Source: a virus (taxonomy: Duplodnaviria; Caudoviricetes). Taken from it: DNA of 64,000 bases. Both the position numbers and the translations under genes were made by a program. The stretch spans positions 1-64,000 of IMG/VR virus record IMGVR_UViG_3300022915_000001; one strand, written 5' to 3'. Under the pieces are notes generated by a model that saw nothing but the letters and a program-made list of their open reading frames with translations, had not been told where the DNA came from and did no database searches. Of this stretch, positions 12,101-18,961 are shown one piece after another (position 1 is the stretch's first letter; every line of letters begins with the position of its first letter).

Positions 12101-15100
12101 GGGGTTGGCCTTCCACTCCTTGATCTGATCGACAACCTTGGCGGCCTTGGCTCGGTGCTTCTCGCCGTACCTGTCGACGATAGCCTGCTCTACGCTCTTG
12201 ATCCCGATCTTGCCTCGGGCGATATCGCCCATGAACGCCTTGGCCGTATTGTGAACGAAGTCCGCGCTGGTCGGCCCCGTCTTGCTGCGCGAGAACAGCG
12301 TACCCTGGCGCGGCGCATCCTTGTCCCCGAACAGATCCTGCTGCGCGTCCTTGGCCGGTTTGAGCTTGCGCTGCTTCTCCTCGGGCGTAAGCTCGGTGGC
12401 GAAGCCGGCCGTCAGCCGTTCGCCGAGCAGCTTGGCGGCGTCGTCGGGCTGCTCCTGCTTCTCTAGTTCAAGGGCGGTTTGTTCTCCGCGTCTCGGCCCC
12501 ACTGCTTCTTCAGCGAGTCTGCGAACGCCTCGTTCTCGTCCTTCCCTTCCTCCCTCGCCCTCTCGGCCGCCAGTTGGGCCGCGTTGAAGTTCGACACCGC
12601 TTTTCGGCTGAACCCCTTCGGCGCGGCCAGTATCTTTCTTGGTCGTTTCGCTGCCACGGAATGCCTCCTTCACCTCTCCGGGTTTGGCGTACCGGAACAG
12701 GACAATCGCGTCCTCGCCATGCGCGTCGAGCAACGCCTGCCTATATGCTTGCGCAACTTCCACGCGCTCGTCCATCGTGAGGCCGAGCGAGGTCCCCGCG
12801 AGTATCTTGGCGGTGACTTCCTTGAAGTCCTGAATGGGATCTGCCTCGTACCCCATCTCCCTCACCGCCTCGGCGGCCTTGGCGAAGACCGGCGTCTTCA
12901 TCAGGTCTTCCATGACCTGGTCTTTCAATGCAGCCACGCGCTGCGCGGCGTGCATCAACTCTTCGCGGACGGTGTTACGAATGTCGTCCGAGAAGTACTT
13001 CTGGGCGCGAACGAAATTCAAGCCGGCGCCCGGGCCCGCCGTCTCCCGGTACTTGGCTACTTGATCGCGGAGCTTCTCCAGGTTGTCCAGGGCGGCTTTG
13101 CTCAGGCCGTACTTACCGGCTTTGAGGTTTGCCAGTTCGCCGCCGTCGCGGTCCAGCGTCGTCATTAAGGTGACAACGTCAACGTCGTCCATCGAGGAGC
13201 CTTCCACGCGGTCCCCGCCGCCCAAAAGCTGGATGATGTACATGCCGCCCTGGTTCGCATAGACCGTGCGGCTCTGGGCTCCCCTCTTGGGGAAGCGGAA
13301 GGTTGCCGTCCTAAAGTTGTGTTCGGCCTCCCAGAGCGCGGAATCGGGGATTTGGGTTCCCTCGGGCGAGGTAACCGGCCCCGGCTGCTCCTGCTTCTGG
13401 GATCTGCTGAAGAGCGTGCCGCCTTTGCGCTCGGGCGAGGGGACCGCTCCCGGCGCTTCGCGCTCGGCGGCTTGCTGCGAGAGTCCTCCGGTATCCTGGC
13501 GGGGGACCGTCAGCGGTCCATCGGCGGGATCGGCGTTGGTGTCCTCGATCTGCTCCCTGATGGCCGCGCGAACCTTCCCGCCGTGCGCCCTGACCTGGGC
13601 CGGGGTCATCCCGGTGTGCTTCTTGACGAAGTCCACATACTCGGAATCCCGCGCGGATCGCTTCTGCTGCGCCGTGATGTACGCCGCGCGATCTACGTCG
13701 GATTCAAAGTTCAGTTCGTGGGCGCCGTACCGCGGCGCGGCTCCGCTGAGTTCCCTCGGGAGTTTCGGTCCTACTCCAGCGGGGGCGGCTTGAGAGGTTC
13801 CTCGCTGGGGTTGCTGAGTTCCACCTCCCCGTCCGGTATCTGGAGGTGGCCCCCCTCGATCCACTCCCGTAGGTCCGCTAACGTCCGGTTTCGGACCTCC
13901 TCCCCCAGTTTCTCGTATGATGGCTGCCTTGATTGCTGCATAGGTGTCCTCTAATACGGCAGAGAGCTTCTCCCCGCCCTGTATCCTGACCGCGCCGGCA
14001 GTCAGGGCTTTCGAGATATCGCCCGACTTCAGGCTCAGGGCGTTGTAGACTTCCAAAGCCTGAGCGGCATCGGCGGCGATGGCTCGGTTCTGCTCTTCTT
14101 CGATGACGTTGCCGCCACGCGCGAGCGTCTGGCCTACGCCCTTCTTGCCTACCGTGCCAAAGATCCGCTTCTCCTGACCGAGCCGCTTCTTGATAGCATC
14201 GCTGAGGATCGCCTCATGGACTTCCAGGCTCTGGCCCCCGCCGCTCGGGTCTCCGAACATATCCCCGAACAGGCTCCCCTGGTCGTCGCCCTTTTCCTTG
14301 GCCTTGCGAAGCCGTTCACGCTGCTCGTCGGTCAACTCCATCTCGGCGGCCTTGGCCTTGGTGCGTCGGATGAGTTCGGCCAACTGGCCGTCGTTCATGT
14401 CCTTGCCAACCTTGGCAATCGCTACCATGTCTGCTGGGTTGTCCAGACCTTCGCCGATAATGGTGGCCCTGTCGACCTTCAGATCCCCGGCCAGTAGCTC
14501 CTCGAAGAGCGACTCGGGCAGCTTGGCGAGCGCGGTCCCTTGCCGCGCCTTCTCGCCCTTGAGGTGGACGCCGGCCTGCTTTACCTGCTCGGGCGTGTAG
14601 CCCGAATCGCGCAGGAACTTGGCGGCGTCGATGGCGGTCCCCCGGCCCTCGGCGATATTCTGCAACGCGCCCTTGGCTCTGGCTTCCGTCGCGTCCTTGG
14701 CCTGGATGTAGCGAACGTCTACACCGGCCACTCCCATGCGCTTGGCCTTGTCGAGCCGGTGGTGTCCATTGACCACATAGGTCTTGCCGTTCGCTGGATC
14801 TCTCCAGACGGTGAGCACGCCGCCAAGCTCCTCGTTCCAGGGAACGTCTGGGTCCTTGAGTTCGTCACCGACTCCTGCCTTGCCGCCGGTATCGCGCTTG
14901 AACTGGAACCGCACCGGATCGGCTTCGATCTCGTTGGGGTCCATGCGCGTGACGCCACTGTCCATCGCCTTCCTGGCGGGCGGCTCCATGCCTGGGAAAA
15001 GCGAACTCTGGCCTTCCCCGCTGGTGTCCTTCGGCTCCCCTTGATCGACAACCGGAGTTGACGGTTCGACAACCGGAGTTGACGGCTCTGGAGCCGCTGG

Positions 15101-17284
15101 GGCAGTGGGAGGTCCAGGCTGCCCCAATGCTGGCGGCGGTTCTTGTCCTTGTACGTCCTCCTTTCCTTCTGGAACTGGCGGCGGCACGCCGACACGGTCC
15201 TCGCCCTCCTCGCCCTTGAGTTCTGGCGCTGGCGGCGCGGTCCCTACCGGCGGCGGCGCGGCTACCGGCGGCGGCGCTTCAGGCTGATCCTTGACTCGCG
15301 TTCCCTTGGTGACCGGGGACTTCCCGGCTCGATCCTTCTTCAGTGTGAGGTTGACGTAGCTGGTAGTGCCGTCATTCAGCGGCTTGGCCGCGAGGACGCC
15401 GGCCTTCACCATACTGTCGAGCACTTCCTGGGCGGCTTCTGGCGCGACACCAAACATCTGCTGAATGTGGCGCACTTCCACCTGGGACCGGCTGGCGGCA
15501 ACGTCGAATACCGCGCGGTAGAGGTCTTCCCCTTCGAGCGGCGGCGGCTTCTCGGGGGCCTTCTCGTCCGATCCCGGCAGCGTCTCTGGCGTCACCGCAT
15601 CCGGGTCGCCCGTGGGCGGCGGCGCCCCAGGAGGTGGAGGTTGCTGGACCGGAGGGGGCGTGACCGGCGGCGGGGGCGTGACCGGGGGAGGAACAATGGG
15701 TGCGGGGGCCGGCCCGCTGCCAACCTCTACTCCCGGCTGTTGCTGCTCGGGAGCCGCACCGGGGGGAGGAGCTTCGCCGGGAGGAGGCGCTTCGCCCACC
15801 GGAGGAACAAGACCCGGGCCCTCGTCCTGCACTCCAGGTTGCCCCAGCGCCTCGCCGCCGTTAGCCATCCGGTTCTTGTGGTAATTGGTCAGCGCGTCGA
15901 AGTGGTCCCGGTATTCCTTGAGCTTCTTCCCGACATTGATCTCGTCCCGGTGCTCGGCGATCTGGCCTATCGTCACCGAGGGGCCGCTCCCAAGCATCCC
16001 CGCCACGCCTTCGTCGAACATGGCATCGCGGAACTCAGGCCAGGTCGGCCACTTCCCGGTATTCATCCCCTCGGTGAAGATCGCCGCGGCTTTCTGGGCA
16101 GACTCGGTGACGCCCTCCCAGCCGAACTCCTTGGCTCCTTCATAGACACGCCGTTTGATGGACTTCTTGAGTTCTTCCGGTAGCGGGCTGTTCCTGAGTT
16201 TGGAGATGATCCTCCCAGGAACGAGGTAGTCCATCGGCGTAGCCAGGATGGAGCCTTCGACCGCCACCTTCCCGGCTTCAGCCGGATGCATCCCATTCTT
16301 GGTCAGGTCGTTGAACTGCTCCCCGGCGTTTGCCAGGAAGGAGTCTATGACGCCGCCGCCGGGGATCAACAATCCTGCCCCGATAGTCGCCAGCATTTGC
16401 GGCGCGTTTTCCAGAATCGTCTCGCCCGTCCACTGAGCGACGGACCCAAACGTCTTGTTCGGATCGTTCAACAGTTCGGTGGCAGACGGACGCGACATCA
16501 GGTTGACGCCGTGCATCGCCTTCGATTCGACGTACTCCCCGGCCCTGGCGGCGAGATCCGCTCCCGGCATCCCCTTGGCGTCAAGGGGGCGGGCTAGCGC
16601 CTGCAGGCCCTGGCCGCGCCCAGCAATCGTGGTCTGCGCTCCTTGCTTCAAAGACTTCCAGAGGCGGTCGAGCGCCGGGGCATCCGCTTCTGGAGCAGGT
16701 TCATCTGGCTCTGCCAGTCTGGCTTTGAGGGCTTCCGGGGATTCCCGCGTGAGGCCCTGAGCGCCATCGGTCGAGAGGTAGTCGGGAACTTCCGGTGTCG
16801 TGCGCTGGGTCAGCTTCCACTTGGACGGGTCCGATTCCTCCCAGGCGGGAACCCGTGTGTTCTGGGAAGGGGGAGCCGCGGGATCGAACTTGTCCCCGGT
16901 CCAGGTGCGGTTGGGTCCGGTGTACTCGGGCGAGATCCGGTTGAGCGGTTGCCGCTGTGCACCCGCTTCGACCGCAGGGCGGCGCACGGCCCCCGGGCCC
17001 TGGCCGGGACCGCCGAGATCCCAAGGCGTAGCCACCTTCCCCACGCCGGGGAGTCCGGTGAGACCGGCGCCGGGAACGTCGGCGGCGGTGTAGGACGGAC
17101 CTTGTGGGGCGGTGAAGGGCGAGGGGCCAGCCGGGGCCGGGGCGGCGCTCGGGACCGGCGCTCCTACTGCTGGCTTAAAGCCGAGCTCGCGCCACTTCTT
17201 CTCTTCGTCGTCTTCCGGGGGCGGCTGAACCGGCGCCAGCGGCTTGAACCCTAGCGCGGCCCAAGGATCTGATTGGTCTGCCAT
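6179..17284 (-). CDS. Giant (3701 aa) polyvalent virion/ejection protein
   Basis: Sits after three other ejection-type genes. Contains a winged-helix-like segment (~15380-15520), a ParB-like domain (VVNGHHRL, ~14450-14945), two paralogous EELxH zincin-like domains (12655-12990 and 9775-10110), a WY...LSP...KVRSFYNN...VTVDTHA domain (~10900-11830) and an LPD38-like C-terminus (YLIPFWSFQEQN, ~6500-7400). Confidence 0.85.
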   Translation of the reverse strand: MADQSDPWAALGFKPLAPVQPPPEDDEEKKWRELGFKPAVGAPVPSAAPAPAGPSPFTAPQGPSYTAADVPGAGLTGLPGVGKVATPWDLGGPGQGPGAVRRPAVEAGAQRQPLNRISPEYTGPNRTWTGDKFDPAAPPSQNTRVPAWEESDPSKWKLTQRTTPEVPDYLSTDGAQGLTRESPEALKARLAEPDEPAPEADAPALDRLWKSLKQGAQTTIAGRGQGLQALARPLDAKGMPGADLAARAGEYVESKAMHGVNLMSRPSATELLNDPNKTFGSVAQWTGETILENAPQMLATIGAGLLIPGGGVIDSFLANAGEQFNDLTKNGMHPAEAGKVAVEGSILATPMDYLVPGRIISKLRNSPLPEELKKSIKRRVYEGAKEFGWEGVTESAQKAAAIFTEGMNTGKWPTWPEFRDAMFDEGVAGMLGSGPSVTIGQIAEHRDEINVGKKLKEYRDHFDALTNYHKNRMANGGEALGQPGVQDEGPGLVPPVGEAPPPGEAPPPGAAPEQQQPGVEVGSGPAPAPIVPPPVTPPPPVTPPPVQQPPPPGAPPPTGDPDAVTPETLPGSDEKAPEKPPPLEGEDLYRAVFDVAASRSQVEVRHIQQMFGVAPEAAQEVLDSMVKAGVLAAKPLNDGTTSYVNLTLKKDRAGKSPVTKGTRVKDQPEAPPPVAAPPPVGTAPPAPELKGEEGEDRVGVPPPVPEGKEDVQGQEPPPALGQPGPPTAPAAPEPSTPVVEPSTPVVDQGEPKDTSGEGQSSLFPGMEPPARKAMDSGVTRMDPNEIEADPVRFQFKRDTGGKAGVGDELKDPDVPWNEELGGVLTVWRDPANGKTYVVNGHHRLDKAKRMGVAGVDVRYIQAKDATEARAKGALQNIAEGRGTAIDAAKFLRDSGYTPEQVKQAGVHLKGEKARQGTALAKLPESLFEELLAGDLKVDRATIIGEGLDNPADMVAIAKVGKDMNDGQLAELIRRTKAKAAEMELTDEQRERLRKAKEKGDDQGSLFGDMFGDPSGGGQSLEVHEAILSDAIKKRLGQEKRIFGTVGKKGVGQTLARGGNVIEEEQNRAIAADAAQALEVYNALSLKSGDISKALTAGAVRIQGGEKLSAVLEDTYAAIKAAIIRETGGGGPKPDVSGPTGVDRGGPPPDTGRGGGTQQPQRGTSQAAPAGVGPKLPRELSGAAPRYGAHELNFESDVDRAAYITAQQKRSARDSEYVDFVKKHTGMTPAQVRAHGGKVRAAIREQIEDTNADPADGPLTVPRQDTGGLSQQAAEREAPGAVPSPERKGGTLFSRSQKQEQPGPVTSPEGTQIPDSALWEAEHNFRTATFRFPKRGAQSRTVYANQGGMYIIQLLGGGDRVEGSSMDDVDVVTLMTTLDRDGGELANLKAGKYGLSKAALDNLEKLRDQVAKYRETAGPGAGLNFVRAQKYFSDDIRNTVREELMHAAQRVAALKDQVMEDLMKTPVFAKAAEAVREMGYEADPIQDFKEVTAKILAGTSLGLTMDERVEVAQAYRQALLDAHGEDAIVLFRYAKPGEVKEAFRGSETTKKDTGRAEGVQPKSGVELQRGPTGGREGEGGREGRERGVRRLAEEAVGPRRGEQTALELEKQEQPDDAAKLLGERLTAGFATELTPEEKQRKLKPAKDAQQDLFGDKDAPRQGTLFSRSKTGPTSADFVHNTAKAFMGDIARGKIGIKSVEQAIVDRYGEKHRAKAAKVVDQIKEWKANPVRFIPEEMSTRLTTADSATEDSTENLTLTGDGFKKYDEPAEVAAPLILKYPHLKGSTETDPKKIVRDFTKFVEDNLVWLYDRYKREWGDLLQRSKLWYDGGRKIAERFAEQFDSEAHQVAAVMATLSPMKDWFQNVDLARRTLMFWKQRESSVWDDKMEGGYQRMVDSNNRTEITKKRDAKAAGKPYTPSTKLKDGYDQIKGKRWTDLTDPTLKAFWLRMWDEGNNERSFDVLTPEGEPRGKGKKLDGTDAKVVWQSLDMIAKAISVLENPTLENISDQLGKQHKVRSFYNNLVDPNNPNLHVTVDTHAVAAGTLRPLALSDQAVKDNLSSPSTVTGEAWTYGIHAIATRRAGQRRGLLGREMQSVTWEAVRGLFPETWKNVDNKRRVDAIWEKYASGTITVDQAREEIYDLRKSTANGKAIIPPEWSDEYERFREAERQLSASEVSEEDGVSLDESGVPGTGVRRGRAVRSRQAAGHRGRSGTTAPVQASEHTGSDREVTAPTSDSDAKLSESAAGDLKMGTYYTNPPQTPKKQAFEKAIFRWEKTTPPGKPKRMAYHVGSGTIYLNRAGLDLISHVAKLQSVNGLSGARAGWTNVAEKILKDFLHNPVEMARVGPRAEANLRQFRNDLVEWINQTKDATESLQFTLAQKGPNIPGQRLPMKRSTAREELIHADQRKAPLDAAEEERLMKLPVFKKAGDWLLTTAGGYAGRDVHTIFTEVTAKVLAGDNIPTLTQADRIEIARTYRESIIAKHGESHILLFQYVQPGDMKNTFRNINQGTATTTTATPTPPAKPPPAPSPPSHPTHAPVWTPTPRPTQMGLFPPTTTTTAPAKPSTPSKPLSKPVQMTLFDAAAKAEARLRSMGISPSYSGQFTDPRVIRNMALKIAIDVAQGNIDGKNFTNEIVDRFGRGSRSVARQVYRQAQATSRHAASTGTVNLRESAAPQALTTTQQPVPGSTTLGGTPSQPSTRFLEIRDRQRARRSEGDKSGWEKFKGGLLKLRDMFGRQFVHLASGARFAELRQRLNFVSKAQGTSVHKAAQAIIDQLEKLSKEEYTEFIEVVTYNDMWERVKKQVAEGNPVLDKDLWWGISDTHELAALRAEARARAQANPKVTAALNMRQQMWPQIRKDYVAAMKKAGVDVSKAISRKDYFRHRVWKHLELKEAAGKTVAQGGGSRFTLPTARSWLKKSEVNQHDYSLDYIRAEFQVLSEMMYDTARANFIGWLKDESGHNIAKDLMKQAAAHNKAAIMPIFARMARYYNNKNRGRGVSVQTAESMYQRVMRMKPKDPGWRKRVTKRLAGAEYVGSLEKALSTFKSETHEIYTADKREHFYVAASIPDKLAEAIAAQGMGQVTHDQVRKIMAKGSRQGQMVLPKEVTATLREFMQGPSGTAQEWASKIGRKPLEWWKMGKLIHPGSVIKYNLRNLSGDLERVLAVNPHAVTHVGTALKEIIEFKRTGKMPSPEFKEWWERGGMDSNLQVAEIGEVNKLRKLEHLLLDPDTNLGKKGVNGAINLWRATWNVSRAGTDIREGILRYATFIEYRNQISTNGGRPKNFGASRREEVMALRNRNDRAYKLSNDMMLAYDEVSAGGQFMRRYLIPFWSFQEQNARAYKRIVANAWHDGRQGAALGYALAGTAGAAARIGAYTAMKLASTSMRLLALKTLTELWNNYMMDDEEEDLPESVRKSTHIILGRDSNGKVRVFNRLGTMDDLLEWGGLEAAPFYAREYLNGRMDFKDLVEQTTFRMWGKPIPLKSAVNKIAQGFTPYVKTTGEYVFGRTAFPDVFKQREIRDRGEYLARELGMVGLYKKAIAKPQEKFLSLDKLMDFVIYRYDPGEVHYNSFRYDKVAKWGAENGKDVGGGGYSVKKSAEALYDFRMAVRYEDKAAMATALEAYKEAGGTKQNLKKSIERLHPLGALTNATLKRDFKNSLTAQEKEQLEKAETYWREHFKAKESEIMAAATTAKLPYKKARKP
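10600..10872 (-). CDS. Nested (+1 frame) small protein inside the giant gene
   Basis: 90 aa with natural globular composition (YPLLKYLKKMGYPLTRAEYLELVF...ELPPPFR). The overlapping main frame degenerates to an R/G/S-rich linker (GVRRGRAVRSRQAAGHRGRSG), and the region is locally AT-richer. Confidence 0.7.
   Translation of the reverse strand: MTSEKAQPTEKPSYRPSGPMSMRDFEKLKDSYPLLKYLKKMGYPLTRAEYLELVFAGGEPFDHDKPLDIEVEVELPPPFRHPSIPEATER
12463..12657 (-). CDS. Nested (+1 frame) small protein inside the giant gene
   Basis: Perfect SD AAGGAGG 6 nt before GTG. 64 aa: MAAKRPRKILAAPKGFSRKAVSNFNAAQLAAERAREEGKDENEAFADSLKKQWG... The main frame here is a G/R/E linker. Confidence 0.65.
   Translation of the reverse strand: MAAKRPRKILAAPKGFSRKAVSNFNAAQLAAERAREEGKDENEAFADSLKKQWGRDAENKPPLN
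13771..13941 (-). CDS. Nested (+1 frame) small protein inside the giant gene (not in ORF track)
   Basis: AGAGGA-cacct-ATG, then 56 aa MQQSRQPSYEKLGEEVRNRTLADLREWIEGGHLQIPDGEVELSNPSEEPLKPPPLE*. The main frame here is a G/P-rich linker. Confidence 0.6.
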   Translation of the reverse strand: MQQSRQPSYEKLGEEVRNRTLADLREWIEGGHLQIPDGEVELSNPSEEPLKPPPLE

Positions 17285-17290
17285 CGAACA

Positions 17291-18958
17291 CTAGATCCTC
17301 TCAGCGCCCAGCGAGTGGGCTTTCGGCCACATAGACAATGGGATCGTTCCTGTCGAGCCGTCTGGCCTCTTAATCTGGATTTGAGGATCGGGCGGCGTCG
17401 TCGGTGGCCCCTGACCTCGGGAGGTTGCAGCGTGCTGGCCTCGCGGCAATGCCGCTGGCGTGGCGGCCGGCTGCGGCGCTGGCGTGGGAGCAGCCTTCAC
17501 CTCGGGCTTCGCCCCGGCGATCTTGTCCGAGCCAGCCTTGGGCGTTTCGGTCTTCGGCTTCTCAGGCTCCGGTTCCCAAGGCTTCCAGTCGCCTTCGACG
17601 CCCTTCGAGTACGCATCGTACTGTTCGCGCGAGATCTTGCCGTTGTCGAACTTGAACTTGTAGATCTCGCGGAGCTTCGCCCTGATGGCGTTGTACTGCT
17701 CAATGTCGGAGTCGCTGTAGGAGGCGTTGCCCTTCTTGTCCTTACCGGCCTTGATCTTCTCGCCGATCTCCCTCGCCCTCTGGTGGAGTCCTGGGACCGG
17801 CGTCTGGCCGTCAGGGCCGAGCGGGTTGCCCTGCTCCAGCTTGTCGTACTCAGCGGTTTTGGCGTCGATCTTGTCCTGCCGCTGGAGCGTCTGGTACGCC
17901 GTCAAATCATCGCCGGCCCGCCTGCCGCCGCCTTTCTTGGCTCGGGCGGCGAGTCTCTTGTCTTCGACGGCCTGGGCCGCAGCTTTCTGCTCCGGTGTTC
18001 CATGTATGAGCGCCGCTTCGATGGTGTTTGGCTGCTTCTCGTCAGCCGTGGGCTTGATCGAGTTCGGATAGATGCCTTTGTTCCTGGGATTCCAGACCGC
18101 CCAGCCGAGGTTCATGTCGGCCTGCTCTTTGAGTGCCTTTTCCTTGGCGGCGGCGGCGGCGGCGGCGTCGTAGTAGCGGCCGTGCGCCTCCTGTGCTCCG
18201 ATCTGCGCCTCGGTGAGATCCTGTTGACGGATGAACTGCTTCTGCTGCAAGTCGTCCTGGCTCCGCTGGCGCTTCAGGTTGTACTGCTTCTGCATCGAGT
18301 CGATCTGCGAATCGAGGCTCTTGCCCTTGGTCTCCCAGGCATCCATCGCCGCTTCGTATTTCGGGCGCCGCAGGATCTGCTTCTCCGAGATCGGATCGAC
18401 GTGCGTGCGCCGGCCCGCGTTGATGAATCCCGCGAAGGCGTTGGCTCCGGTCATCAGGGCCTTCTGCCACATGGGGCGCTCGTACTCCTGACCGCCGAGC
18501 TTGGGCTTCTCGAGGATATGGGCGTCCCGCTTCGCCGCTGCGGAGTTCCAGTCGGTGACGAACGGGTCCTCGGCGTCGATCCAGTCGCGCTTCATCTTGG
18601 GCGGCGCTGGCATCGGACTCGTCGGAAGCTGGGGCGGCGTCTCCCAGCCGATCGGATCGCTCTGCTCGGGCATGGCCGCTTCTGCCGCCGGGGCCACCGG
18701 GAAGGGAGGCTTCAGGATCGACTCTGCCGGTCGAGCGGCGAGTCTTGCATACGAGTAGGGGTTGTTGTCCTCTGGCAGAGGAGCCCGCATATCGAGCGGG
18801 GGCCGCGCCGGGGCCGGGGCCGGGAGCGGAGGCGTCATGCCGTTCTGCATTTCCCACGGGGTCCGCAGCGGATCGAAGCCGGGACGCTTCGCAGGAAGCG
18901 CGTACATCGCGTCGTCTTCTTCCAGGTCGTCCCAGTAGTTCGGCTGCGGATATGGCAT
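17291..18958 (-). CDS. Putative ejection/internal virion protein
   Basis: 555 aa with Pro-rich termini and a Q/K/E coiled-coil core, located between the pilot-type genes and the giant gene. Confidence 0.6.
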   Translation of the reverse strand: MPYPQPNYWDDLEEDDAMYALPAKRPGFDPLRTPWEMQNGMTPPLPAPAPARPPLDMRAPLPEDNNPYSYARLAARPAESILKPPFPVAPAAEAAMPEQSDPIGWETPPQLPTSPMPAPPKMKRDWIDAEDPFVTDWNSAAAKRDAHILEKPKLGGQEYERPMWQKALMTGANAFAGFINAGRRTHVDPISEKQILRRPKYEAAMDAWETKGKSLDSQIDSMQKQYNLKRQRSQDDLQQKQFIRQQDLTEAQIGAQEAHGRYYDAAAAAAAKEKALKEQADMNLGWAVWNPRNKGIYPNSIKPTADEKQPNTIEAALIHGTPEQKAAAQAVEDKRLAARAKKGGGRRAGDDLTAYQTLQRQDKIDAKTAEYDKLEQGNPLGPDGQTPVPGLHQRAREIGEKIKAGKDKKGNASYSDSDIEQYNAIRAKLREIYKFKFDNGKISREQYDAYSKGVEGDWKPWEPEPEKPKTETPKAGSDKIAGAKPEVKAAPTPAPQPAATPAALPRGQHAATSRGQGPPTTPPDPQIQIKRPDGSTGTIPLSMWPKAHSLGAERI

Positions 18959-18961
18959 GGC

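Noticed and set aside
15045-15085. 21-nt tandem duplication (EPSTPVV twice)
   Set aside because: A simple slippage repeat in a Pro-rich linker.
14719-15195. A fourth +1-frame ORF in the giant gene
   Set aside because: The translation is R/S/Q-rich off-frame text and runs over the conserved ParB-like domain, unlike the three accepted nested ORFs.
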